37,027 bases of DNA from Sphingomonadaceae bacterium (lineage in GTDB: Bacteria; Chloroflexota; UBA6077): the NCBI GenBank assembly GCA_050261575.1, contig JBLNDL010000042.1:62001-99027 (forward strand), written 5' to 3'. Position numbers and translations under genes: made by a program. Position 1 is the first letter of the stretch. Each line of letters begins with the position of its first letter. The notes below the pieces were generated by a model. The model was given only the letters and a program-made list of their open reading frames with translations, had not been told where the DNA came from and made no database searches. Below are positions 1 to 7,805 of this stretch, one piece after another.

Positions 1-92
1 TGCTCGACGACCTGAGCCGGGGTGAGATCTTCCATTTGTCGAGCCTCGTGAGCGAGAGTTTCCTTCGGTTCGGCAGGGGATACTTGAGTCAT
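1..92 (-). CDS. hslU: ATP-dependent protease ATPase subunit HslU, 5' fragment (runs off the window start)
   Basis: Manual translation from ATG at 92 (ATGA overlap with the hslV stop) gives [30 protein letters not shown]. LTPxQ(V/I)V matches the HslU N-terminus, and the gene follows hslV. Alternative start at ATG 35. Confidence 0.8.
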   Translation of the reverse strand, partial: MTQVSPAEPKETLAHEARQMEDLTPAQVVE

Positions 93-643
93 GGCTCGAG
101 GACGTCCACGGTGATGGAGGTGTTGGTAAAGATGCACAGGCCGGCAGCGATCTCCAGCGCGGTCCGAGCGATCTCGGCTGCGGACAATCCGCTGTGCTGC
201 AGTAGCGCGATCGCCGCGGCCTGGGCGTAGGCGCCACCCGAACCTATGGCGACTATCCCCATGTCGGGCTCGATGACCTCCCCGTCGCCGGACACCAGCA
301 ACAGGTCATGGGCATCGGCGACTATCAACTGGGCTTCCAACCGCCGGAGGTACTTGTCTGTGCGCCACTCCTTGGCGACCTCGACCGCTGCCTTTCGCAG
401 GTTGCCGGCATGCTGCTCGAGTCGAGCTTCGAAGCGCTCGAAGAGGGTAATCGCGTCAGCCACGGCTCCCGCGAAGCCTCCCAGAACCCTCCCTCCGTAG
501 AGCCGCCTCGTCTTCCGGGCGGTATGCTTCATCACCACGTCACCCACCGTGATCTGCCCGTCAGCGGCGATCGCGACTGTGCCGTCCCGCCTCACCGCAA
601 GCACGGTGGTTCCGTGCATCTTGCTGTCCTGCACTGTCTTCAC
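89..643 (-). CDS. hslV: ATP-dependent protease peptidase subunit HslV
   Basis: HGTTVLAVR with catalytic Thr, [42 protein letters not shown]. The start may be the later ATG at 619 (MHGTT). Confidence 0.96.
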   Translation of the reverse strand: MKTVQDSKMHGTTVLAVRRDGTVAIAADGQITVGDVVMKHTARKTRRLYGGRVLGGFAGAVADAITLFERFEARLEQHAGNLRKAAVEVAKEWRTDKYLRRLEAQLIVADAHDLLLVSGDGEVIEPDMGIVAIGSGGAYAQAAAIALLQHSGLSAAEIARTALEIAAGLCIFTNTSITVDVLEP

Positions 644-686
644 CTATGTGAACTGGGTGGTCCATTCAACAGCCCAACGGTGCAGC

Positions 687-774
687 GTAGCCGCAGGCTT
701 TAGACTGCGCGTCTCTCGTTGTGAGCGGCAAGAGGGCCGCGCGAGACCACGCGCACTCTAAAGCCTGCGGCTAC
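687..774. repeat. GTAG-type REP-like inverted doublet (REPIN-like)
   Basis: GTAGCCGCAGGCTTTAGA (687-704) is the exact reverse complement of 757-774. The match extends to 26 bp with one mismatch. The left arm also contains a CGCAG..CTGCG mini-hairpin after GTAG. Confidence 0.75.
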
Positions 775-834
775 CATCGTGAACACCATTCGCTGAATGC
801 ACCACGTAGAGCGAAACTCGCTGCCTGAAGCGGC

Positions 835-843
835 ATTATAGCA
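835..843 (-). promoter_or_regulatory. Extended -10 promoter (TGcTATAAT) for hslVU
   Basis: The minus strand reads GTGTGCTATAATGCC in a GC-rich intergenic region upstream of hslV. No recognisable -35. Confidence 0.6.
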
Positions 844-899
844 CACGGTTTGGTCCCTCCCCTGGAGCCGGTGCCATCGGCAGGGCAGGCGCGCTCCTC

Positions 900-1991
900 T
901 CAGCGGCTGTACGTGGCCACGTTGGCGTTGTGCTCGTCCAGCGTTGCCGCGAAGGCGTGGGAGCCGTCGGGCTTCGCTACGAAGTAGAGAAAGTCGGTGC
1001 TCTCAGGCTCGACGGCCGCCCGAAGTGACGCCAGCCCTGGGTTGCAGATGGGTCCGGCCGGCAGGCCGGGGTACCGGTAGGTGTTGTAAGGAGAGTCTAT
1101 CTCCAGATCCTGGACGGTCAACTCCCTCTTCCACCATCCGTGCTCCGCCCGAGACTGCGGATCGGCAGTGGCCAGGGCGTACTGGACGGTGGGATCCGAT
1201 TGCAGCGGCATTCCCTCCCGAAGCCGGTTGAAGAACACCCCTGCCATCAGCGGCCGCTCCGAGGGGATCACCGCCTCTCGCTCGATCACCGACGCCAGGA
1301 TGACGATCTGGTGGATCGTCATCCCCAGGCGATCCGCCTTCTCCCTCATCTCCGGGGTGAACTGCGACTCGAACTGCTCCACCATCCGGGCGACCATGCT
1401 CTCCGGCGTCGTCTTGTTGTCGATCGCGTAGGTCTCCGGAAACAGGTAGCCCTCCAGGCTGGCGCCGGGAGGGAGCCCAGCGAGCGCGGGAGAGGTGGAC
1501 TTCCCCTGCCGCACGACCGCCATGAACTGCTCCGCGCTGCCGATGCCCCTCGCGGCCATCCTCTCGGCGATCTCCTCGGCCCTCCAGCCCTCGGGCACGG
1601 TGACCAGAGGGGTTGGCCTGGTCTCCCCCGCGGCGATCCTCGCCAGGATCTCGCTGGGCTTCATTCCTGCTGATAACTCGTACTCACCAGCAGCCAAGTC
1701 CCCCGCGACTCCCCTCAGATCGGCCATGTATCTGAAGACTCGGGCGTCCCTTATCAGGCCTTCCGATTGGAGCCGCTCCCCTATCGTCGAGGCCGTCTCC
1801 CCGTTTTGCACCACGAAGACCCGTGCCGAGGTGTCGCCCGAGACGGCCGGCTCGTCGAGTCTGGACAATAGTTCATTCAACAGAGGCTCGGGATCCCTCA
1901 CCAGGTTCCATCCGACCGCCACGACGGTGGCAACGATCACCAAACCCGCCAGCACGGCCGAAAGCCTCAGCACCCACCTGACATCAGGCAT
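900..1991 (-). CDS. mltG: Endolytic transglycosylase MltG (YceG-like)
   Basis: N-terminal TM helix, VTVPEGW, LEGYLFPETY, LASVIERE (catalytic Glu), VFFNRL, LQSDPTVQY, SPYNTY, GLPAGPICNPG, FLYFVA. Confidence 0.96.
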   Translation of the reverse strand: MPDVRWVLRLSAVLAGLVIVATVVAVGWNLVRDPEPLLNELLSRLDEPAVSGDTSARVFVVQNGETASTIGERLQSEGLIRDARVFRYMADLRGVAGDLAAGEYELSAGMKPSEILARIAAGETRPTPLVTVPEGWRAEEIAERMAARGIGSAEQFMAVVRQGKSTSPALAGLPPGASLEGYLFPETYAIDNKTTPESMVARMVEQFESQFTPEMREKADRLGMTIHQIVILASVIEREAVIPSERPLMAGVFFNRLREGMPLQSDPTVQYALATADPQSRAEHGWWKRELTVQDLEIDSPYNTYRYPGLPAGPICNPGLASLRAAVEPESTDFLYFVAKPDGSHAFAATLDEHNANVATYSR

Positions 1992-2418
1992 GACCCCCCC
2001 TAGACTGTTGGCTGCTGTCCAAGTAGCTCTGGAGTATCACCGCCGCGGCGACGTCGTCGACGGCCACCCTTCCACCGCGGCCTCGGGTCCGGGATCGTGC
2101 CGCCGCGATCCGCTCGGCATCCGCCGTGGAGTACCTCTCGTCCCAGTACACAACCGGCACGTGTAGCACCTCGGCAAGGTGCTCGCCGAATCGTCGCACC
2201 CGTCGGGCCTGCGGCCCCTCCTCGCCGCTGAGGGTCCGCGGCAATCCAATCACCACCCGGTCCACCGCGTGTTGCTCCACCAGGTCGCAGATCGCCTCCA
2301 GGTCCTTCTTCTCGGCGACGCGGTGAAGAATGGTCAGGGGGGATGCAATGGTGCCGGTGGGGTCACTGAGGGCCACGCCGATCCGCCTCTCACCCACGTC
2401 CAGAGCCATCACTCTCAC
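1984..2418 (-). CDS. ruvX: Holliday-junction-resolvase-like RuvX/YqgF (pre-16S rRNA nuclease)
   Basis: MRVMALDVGERRIGVALSD, VIGLP, WDERYST, DDVAAAVILQSYLD. The GTG start at 2418 overlaps the upstream TGA (GTGA), and the 3' end overlaps the mltG start. Confidence 0.94.
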   Translation of the reverse strand: MRVMALDVGERRIGVALSDPTGTIASPLTILHRVAEKKDLEAICDLVEQHAVDRVVIGLPRTLSGEEGPQARRVRRFGEHLAEVLHVPVVYWDERYSTADAERIAAARSRTRGRGGRVAVDDVAAAVILQSYLDSSQQSRGGHA

Positions 2419-3908
2419 TGGACGGTCTGGACCTCGATCCTGAAAGCCCGTGTGGCCCAACCCGGCCACATCTCAATGCTCATCAGCTTGAAGCCACCCT
2501 CCAGGTTGCTCAGCTTGGCTCGAGCGTCGCTCAGAGGAACGCCCCGGAGGGCTTCCGTGAGCTTGTCGATCTCCATCAAGGGCTCGGCTTGCCCGGACAC
2601 CCTGACTTTCAGAGTAGCCGTCCGTCCAGCAGCTTCCACGACCTCCGGAGGTGAGACGCTCAGGTTGCCCGGCAGCGCCCGATACCCCTTCGGTATCGAC
2701 TCCTTCCAGCTTCGCTCGACGACACTGTTCAGATCCTGGTTGGCAAAGGCCATACCGCTCGCCACCACGTACGCAGTCCCCTTGAGTCGGTCGCCCTCCT
2801 CGTCCTGGGCCTTGTCGTACTCCTCTCCGGCGATCTGCACCTGCATCGAGTGGGGGATGATCGATTCGGACTGCCGGACCCTCACCGTCAGTTCCGATAG
2901 CGATTGCGACTGCGCACGCTGGAACAGCGCCTCCTTCAGCCGAGTCCTGTCCTCCGCAGATATCGACTTCTTGTTCTCGTCGGTCCCGCCCGTGAGGGGC
3001 TGCTCGTTTACCACGGTCAGCCCGCGATAGGCGTCCCCCTCGATCCTGCTGATAGAGAGCGCCGGCACGTTGCCTTTCGCGCCGGGCTCGGCGGCAACCA
3101 CCGCAACCTTCACACCTCCCTCCGTGCCCGCCGGGAACCCTGCCCCGCGAGTAGACGCTCCGGTCGGCTGGGTATAGGGAGGCACGATCGCGGAGGCGAC
3201 CGTGGTGAACCTGACACCACCGTCCGTGAAGAGCGTGGTGCCGGCCGGAAGGGTGACCGTGGCCGCACCCGAGTTGATGATGGTCACCTCCCCCTTCGCT
3301 CTCTCCTTCCCGACCTTCTTCTCTCCCGTCGTCTCCACGAAATCGGAGACCGTGAAGCGGTGCTCGATAGCGCGCCCGGGGATGGACATCGATGCGGCAT
3401 CCACCGTAACGGTGCCGATGTCGACCTTGACCGTGGCTTCCTGCGTTAGCGTCTGGGCCGGGGCACGGAGGGTGATGCGCATGACGGGAAGGCCGAAGAA
3501 CGCGAAGGCGCCCAACAGCAGCACCACCACGGCCGCGACTGGCCAGACCTGTCTGAGGCTCGACGGGTGGAGTGTCGAGACGAGGCTGTCAGCCCAAGCT
3601 TCTGGTGTTGCGATGGCCGATCGTCTCCGAGCACGTCGCAGCGCGCCTTGCGAGGGGTAGGCGTGGAGGCCGTGCTCCCTGGCCATCCGTCTCCATCCAG
3701 GGTTGCCACTGACCACTGCCATCGGCACACCGATACGCGCTGAAGCCCTCGCAAGCAGTCGGTAGGTGACGGGGTTCTCGGCGATCGTGCAGCCAGGGGC
3801 CAGAACGACCACCGCCGCGCCGTCGCACGGAAGCTCCAGCTTGGCGAGGGCACTGTGCAGTGTGTCCGAGCTATCGAGAGTGATCGCTTCTCTGCCCCAG
3901 GGCGGCAT
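2415..3908 (-). CDS. Membrane-anchored baseplate J/gp47-like domain protein
   Basis: RBS GAGGAAGG. One TM segment (VWPVAAVVVLLLGAFAFFGL), then AKGEVTIIN..VTLPAGT....GVRFTT, VAVVAAEPGAKGNVPA..I and VVNEQPLTGGTDE, which are typical of baseplate-J-like domains. Confidence 0.7.
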   Translation of the reverse strand: MPPWGREAITLDSSDTLHSALAKLELPCDGAAVVVLAPGCTIAENPVTYRLLARASARIGVPMAVVSGNPGWRRMAREHGLHAYPSQGALRRARRRSAIATPEAWADSLVSTLHPSSLRQVWPVAAVVVLLLGAFAFFGLPVMRITLRAPAQTLTQEATVKVDIGTVTVDAASMSIPGRAIEHRFTVSDFVETTGEKKVGKERAKGEVTIINSGAATVTLPAGTTLFTDGGVRFTTVASAIVPPYTQPTGASTRGAGFPAGTEGGVKVAVVAAEPGAKGNVPALSISRIEGDAYRGLTVVNEQPLTGGTDENKKSISAEDRTRLKEALFQRAQSQSLSELTVRVRQSESIIPHSMQVQIAGEEYDKAQDEEGDRLKGTAYVVASGMAFANQDLNSVVERSWKESIPKGYRALPGNLSVSPPEVVEAAGRTATLKVRVSGQAEPLMEIDKLTEALRGVPLSDARAKLSNLEGGFKLMSIEMWPGWATRAFRIEVQTVQ

Positions 3909-4050
3909 CGGACCTTCCTCTCACCTCTCCCAACGCGGAGAGGCGCCAACGTGCCCTCCGGCACGCTAGAAGGTGAGGGTGACAGTATCGGAGTACAGGC
4001 CGAGTGTCAGCAGGGTCACCAGGGAAGGTGCGTGGTAAGCCGGAACCGGA

Positions 4051-4078
4051 GTGGGAGCCGACGATACGAGGCTCCCAC
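4051..4078 (-). terminator. Hairpin just downstream of alaS, possible terminator or stabiliser
   Basis: GTGGGAGCC (4051-4059) pairs with GGCTCCCAC (4070-4078), a 9-bp stem 11 nt after the alaS stop. No U-tract. Confidence 0.35.
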
Positions 4079-4089
4079 CGCAACCTGTC

Positions 4090-6714
4090 TCAGTCGCGAA
4101 GGGCCTCCTGAACCAGCCGAGGCACGCTATCTAGGGCGCTCCGCAACTGCTGTGGGTCCTTGCCCCCGGCCTGCGCCATCTCGGGGCGCCCGCCGCCTCC
4201 CCCGCCGGTTTGCGCGGCCACCTGCCGCACCAGCTTCACGGCGTCGAGGCGGGGCGAGATCAACTCTTTGCTGACGCTGGCCACGAAGTTCGGCCGATCG
4301 TTGAATACGGCGCCCAACACGATGACGCCCGCCCCCAGCTTGGGCCGCAGCCAGTCCACCATCTCGCGCATGGCGTCCATGCTCTCCGCCTCCACGGCGG
4401 AGGCGATGACACCGGCCCCGTTCAGCCGGACGGCCTTGGCGAGCAGCGAGTCCGCCTCGACGCGGGCGAGCCGCGACCGCAGCCTGCTCACCTCTTTGCG
4501 TGCGGCGTTCAACTCCTCGACGGTGGCACGCACCCGCTCCAGCGCCATGTCTGCGACGGTGCCGACCTCCGCTCCCACCGCCTCGAGGGCGTCTATCCGT
4601 GACCGAATTGCCCGCAGCGCGGGCCTCCCCGCAACCGCCTCGATCCTGCGAACGCCCGCACCGACGCTGCCCTCCGTGAGGATGTGCGCCACGCCCAGGA
4701 CGCCGGTGTTGGAGACGTGAGTGCCTCCGCACAGCTCCAGGCTGTAGTCGCCGATGCCGACCGTGCGCACCAGCTCGGCGTACTTCTCCGTGAAGAGCGC
4801 CATCGCGCCGGCCGCCTTGGCCTCCTCAAGCGTGCGATCCGTGATCTCGACCGGAATGTTCGCCAGGATCTTGGCGTTGATCTCCGCCTCGACCGCTCGC
4901 AGATCCTCGGGCGCCAGCGCGGCATCGTGCGTGAAGTCGAAGCGCGCCACCTCGGGGGCGACCAGGGATCCGGCCTGCGCCACGTGGGTGCCGAGGCGGT
5001 CCCGCAGGGCCTTGTGCAGGAGGTGGGTCAGTGTGTGGTGGCGGGCGGTATCCAGCCGCCGCTCGATGTCGATGGACGCCTTCGCGGTGGAGGACACCTC
5101 CAGGAAGCCCTCGACGACCGTCCCAATGTGCAGGATGCGGCCGCCCTCGTCCCGCTGGGTGTCGTGCACCTCGAAACGACCGTCAGCGGTGACGATGAGC
5201 CCTGTGTCGCCCACCTGGCCACCCGACTCGGCGTAGAAGGGAGTCCGATCCAGGATCACGATGCCGGCGGTCCCTGAGTCCAGCCTGGGCTGCCACTTGC
5301 CGGCCTCCAGCAAGGCCACGATCTGGCCCTCCGTCTCGGTCAACTGGTAGCCGAGGAACCGCGTCTCCTCCACCTCGTCGACGGCGCCCGCTGCGTCGCG
5401 CACCTCCAGGACCCGGCCGAACTTGGCTGCGGCGCGGCTCAACTGCCTCTGCCGCTCCATGGCCGCCTGGAATCCCTTCTCGTCGACGCCCAGCCCCGCC
5501 TCCCTGGCGATCTCGGCGCTTAACTCCCTGGGGAAGCCGTAGGTGTCGTACAGGCGGAACATCAGGTCGCCGGGCAGGGCCGGCAACTGCTGCTCCTTGG
5601 CCTCGGCGATCCAGCGATCCAGCAGTCCGAGGCCCGTCTGAAGGGTTCGGTTGAACCGCTCCTCCTCCTGAGAGACTACTCGGCGGATGAACTGGTGCCG
5701 CTCCGCCAGTTCCGGGTAGGCACGCGCCATGTGGTTCACCACCACGTCGACGACGCTGGAGAGGAACGGACCCTCCACGCCGAGGAGGCGGCCGTGGCGT
5801 ACGGCCCGCCGGATCACTCGGCGCAGCACGTAGCCCCTGCCCTCGTTGGAGGGCAGAACGCCATCGCCTGTCAGGAAGGTCATCGCGCGGCCGTGGTCCG
5901 CGATGACCCGGAGCGAGAAGTCGGTCCTATCGTCGGAGCCGTACTGGCGGCGCGACAGCGACTCCGCGGCCTGGAGGATCGGCCTGAACAGGTCGGTCTC
6001 GTAGACGGTCCTGTGTCCTTGCTTGATGGCGGCCATCCGCTCCAGCCCCAGGCCGGTGTCGATGTTCTTCCTCGGCAGGGGGGTGCGGGTGCCGTCCACG
6101 TCCTGGAAGTACTGCATAAACACCAGGTTCCAGTACTCCAGGTAGCGGTTGCAGTCGCAGCCGGGGGCGCACTCGGGTCGCCCGCAGCCCATCTCCGGCC
6201 CCATGTCGATGAACAACTCGGAGTCGGGGCCGCACGGGCCACTGTCGCCCGGAGGACCCCAGAAGTTGTCCTCCAGGTAGGAGATCCGCTCCTCGGGGAT
6301 GCCCACCTCCAACCAGTAGCCCTTGGCCTCGTCGTCGGTGGGATGGACGGTGACGTAGATCTTGTCCTTGGGCAGCTTCAGCCAATCCAGCGAGAACTCC
6401 CAGGCGAAGGCGATCGCTTCCTTCTTGAAGTAGTCGCCGATGGAGAAGTTCCCCAGCATTTCGAAGAACGTGAGGTTCCGCGGATTCCCTACGCTGTCGA
6501 TGTCGGTCGTGCGGAAGCACTTCTGGCAGGAGGTCAGCCGCGGATGGGGCGGTGCCTGTTTCCCGACCATGTACGGGATCATCTGTTGCATGCCCGCGGT
6601 CGTCAGCAGCACCGTGGGGTCGTCCCTCGGGACCAGGCTGGAGCTGGGCATAACCAGATGGCCCTTCGAGGCAAAGAAATCCAGAAACGCCTTGCGGATC
6701 TCGTCACCGGTCAC
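4090..6714 (-). CDS. alaS: Alanine--tRNA ligase
   Basis: GTG start with RBS GAGGGGG gives MTGDEIRKAFLDFF. Motifs TAGMQQ, FFEMLGNFSIGDYFK, WNLVFMQ, DTGLGLER, TPFYAESGGQVGD, HTLTHLL, ELCGGTH, GGGGGRPEMAQAGG. The ORF-track extension to 6888 is not supported. Confidence 0.98.
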   Translation of the reverse strand: MTGDEIRKAFLDFFASKGHLVMPSSSLVPRDDPTVLLTTAGMQQMIPYMVGKQAPPHPRLTSCQKCFRTTDIDSVGNPRNLTFFEMLGNFSIGDYFKKEAIAFAWEFSLDWLKLPKDKIYVTVHPTDDEAKGYWLEVGIPEERISYLEDNFWGPPGDSGPCGPDSELFIDMGPEMGCGRPECAPGCDCNRYLEYWNLVFMQYFQDVDGTRTPLPRKNIDTGLGLERMAAIKQGHRTVYETDLFRPILQAAESLSRRQYGSDDRTDFSLRVIADHGRAMTFLTGDGVLPSNEGRGYVLRRVIRRAVRHGRLLGVEGPFLSSVVDVVVNHMARAYPELAERHQFIRRVVSQEEERFNRTLQTGLGLLDRWIAEAKEQQLPALPGDLMFRLYDTYGFPRELSAEIAREAGLGVDEKGFQAAMERQRQLSRAAAKFGRVLEVRDAAGAVDEVEETRFLGYQLTETEGQIVALLEAGKWQPRLDSGTAGIVILDRTPFYAESGGQVGDTGLIVTADGRFEVHDTQRDEGGRILHIGTVVEGFLEVSSTAKASIDIERRLDTARHHTLTHLLHKALRDRLGTHVAQAGSLVAPEVARFDFTHDAALAPEDLRAVEAEINAKILANIPVEITDRTLEEAKAAGAMALFTEKYAELVRTVGIGDYSLELCGGTHVSNTGVLGVAHILTEGSVGAGVRRIEAVAGRPALRAIRSRIDALEAVGAEVGTVADMALERVRATVEELNAARKEVSRLRSRLARVEADSLLAKAVRLNGAGVIASAVEAESMDAMREMVDWLRPKLGAGVIVLGAVFNDRPNFVASVSKELISPRLDAVKLVRQVAAQTGGGGGGRPEMAQAGGKDPQQLRSALDSVPRLVQEALRD

Positions 6715-6748
6715 GGGACATTCCCCCTCATGCGCCAGAATCTCGAGA

Positions 6749-6777
6749 ATCTTAAACGAGCCCGCGGGGGGTGTCAA
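6749..6777 (-). promoter_or_regulatory. Sigma70-type promoter of alaS
   Basis: The minus strand reads TTGACA-N17-TAAGAT, ending 35 nt upstream of the alaS start. Confidence 0.75.
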
Positions 6778-6970
6778 TTTTCGTGTGGGCCACCACGTTT
6801 TTGGAGACCCGATGGCAAGGCGTGCGACTGTTCGAGAAGCTGGCCAGCGGCGACCGGATCCAGAGGTTGGTGAGCTTGACCCCGCCATCGATCCGGCGTC
6901 CAGGCACTCGGCGAGGCTGCCACGGATCCTCGGGAAAGCGCGGATGACGAGTGGACCTCGGGGTCGACGC

Positions 6971-7639
6971 TCAGGGAGTCCTCCTCACCAGCAGGCACTG
7001 GCCGGAAGGGATACGGCCCGGCCAGCGGAAGGTCGCAACCATGCCATCGCCGAAGGGGCTGGCAGCCGCCAACTCCATCAGGCTCAGCCCAGGCCCGTGG
7101 TGGGTGAGCCGCTGCAACCAGTCGGGGATATCGTAGATGCGGGCCGAGCCGCCACGCTTCAGCACGCGGTAGATCTCGGCCAGCCCCCGCCGGGCGTCGG
7201 CCCAGTGGTGAAGGGAGAAGGTGCTGAACACGAGATCGAACCGCTCGTCGGGGAAGGGAAGATCCACCACGTCGGCCACCTGGAACTGGACCCGACCCAG
7301 CACCCCCGCCGCCGCGGCGTTGGCCCTCGCCCTCTCCACCATGTCCGGGTTCAGGTCCACGCCGGTGACGTACAGCTCGGGTGCCAGGTGGGCCAGCCGG
7401 ACATCCAGAAGGCCCGGACCGCATCCGACGTCCAGCGCGGTCCCTCTAGGTAAGGCGGTAGCCACCTCCCTGGCGATACGGTCGTACAGGCCGCCGAAGA
7501 AGCGGCGTGCTCCCCACTCGTACACCGCCGCGCTCGGCATGGCAGGGGGCACCGCGCCGCGCGCCCCGCTTCGGTACCACCCGTAAACCAGCACCCCTCC
7601 CAACGCGGCCGCGGGGATCAGCCATCTCCGCTTGCTCAT
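6971..7639 (-). CDS. Class I SAM-dependent methyltransferase with N-terminal hydrophobic segment
   Basis: LDVGCGPG, GVDLNPDM, ADVVDLPFPDERFDLVFSTFSLHHW, EIYRVLKRGG. RBS GGAGG. Confidence 0.9.
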   Translation of the reverse strand: MSKRRWLIPAAALGGVLVYGWYRSGARGAVPPAMPSAAVYEWGARRFFGGLYDRIAREVATALPRGTALDVGCGPGLLDVRLAHLAPELYVTGVDLNPDMVERARANAAAAGVLGRVQFQVADVVDLPFPDERFDLVFSTFSLHHWADARRGLAEIYRVLKRGGSARIYDIPDWLQRLTHHGPGLSLMELAAASPFGDGMVATFRWPGRIPSGQCLLVRRTP

Positions 7640-7805
7640 CGATCCGTTCCTCCAATACGGTCACGATCATCCTCATCGAGCCATTGCAAGTGGCGAGCCT
7701 GCAGGTCCACCCCAGCCCAGAAGGGGCTCGCTTCCCCAGCCCGAGCCTTCAACGCCCCTCCCCCTCGTGAGAGGTAGGCAGATTCGAGACTAGCGGCCAT
7801 CGGCG

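Noticed and set aside
2415..3908. Prophage or contractile injection system suggested by the baseplate-J-like gene
   Set aside because: No sheath, tube, spike, terminase or integrase genes are nearby, and the flanks are housekeeping genes.
6715..6970. Possible T-box riboswitch or N-terminal extension upstream of alaS
   Set aside because: A strong promoter lies only 35 nt before the start, leaving no room, and no T-box consensus was seen.
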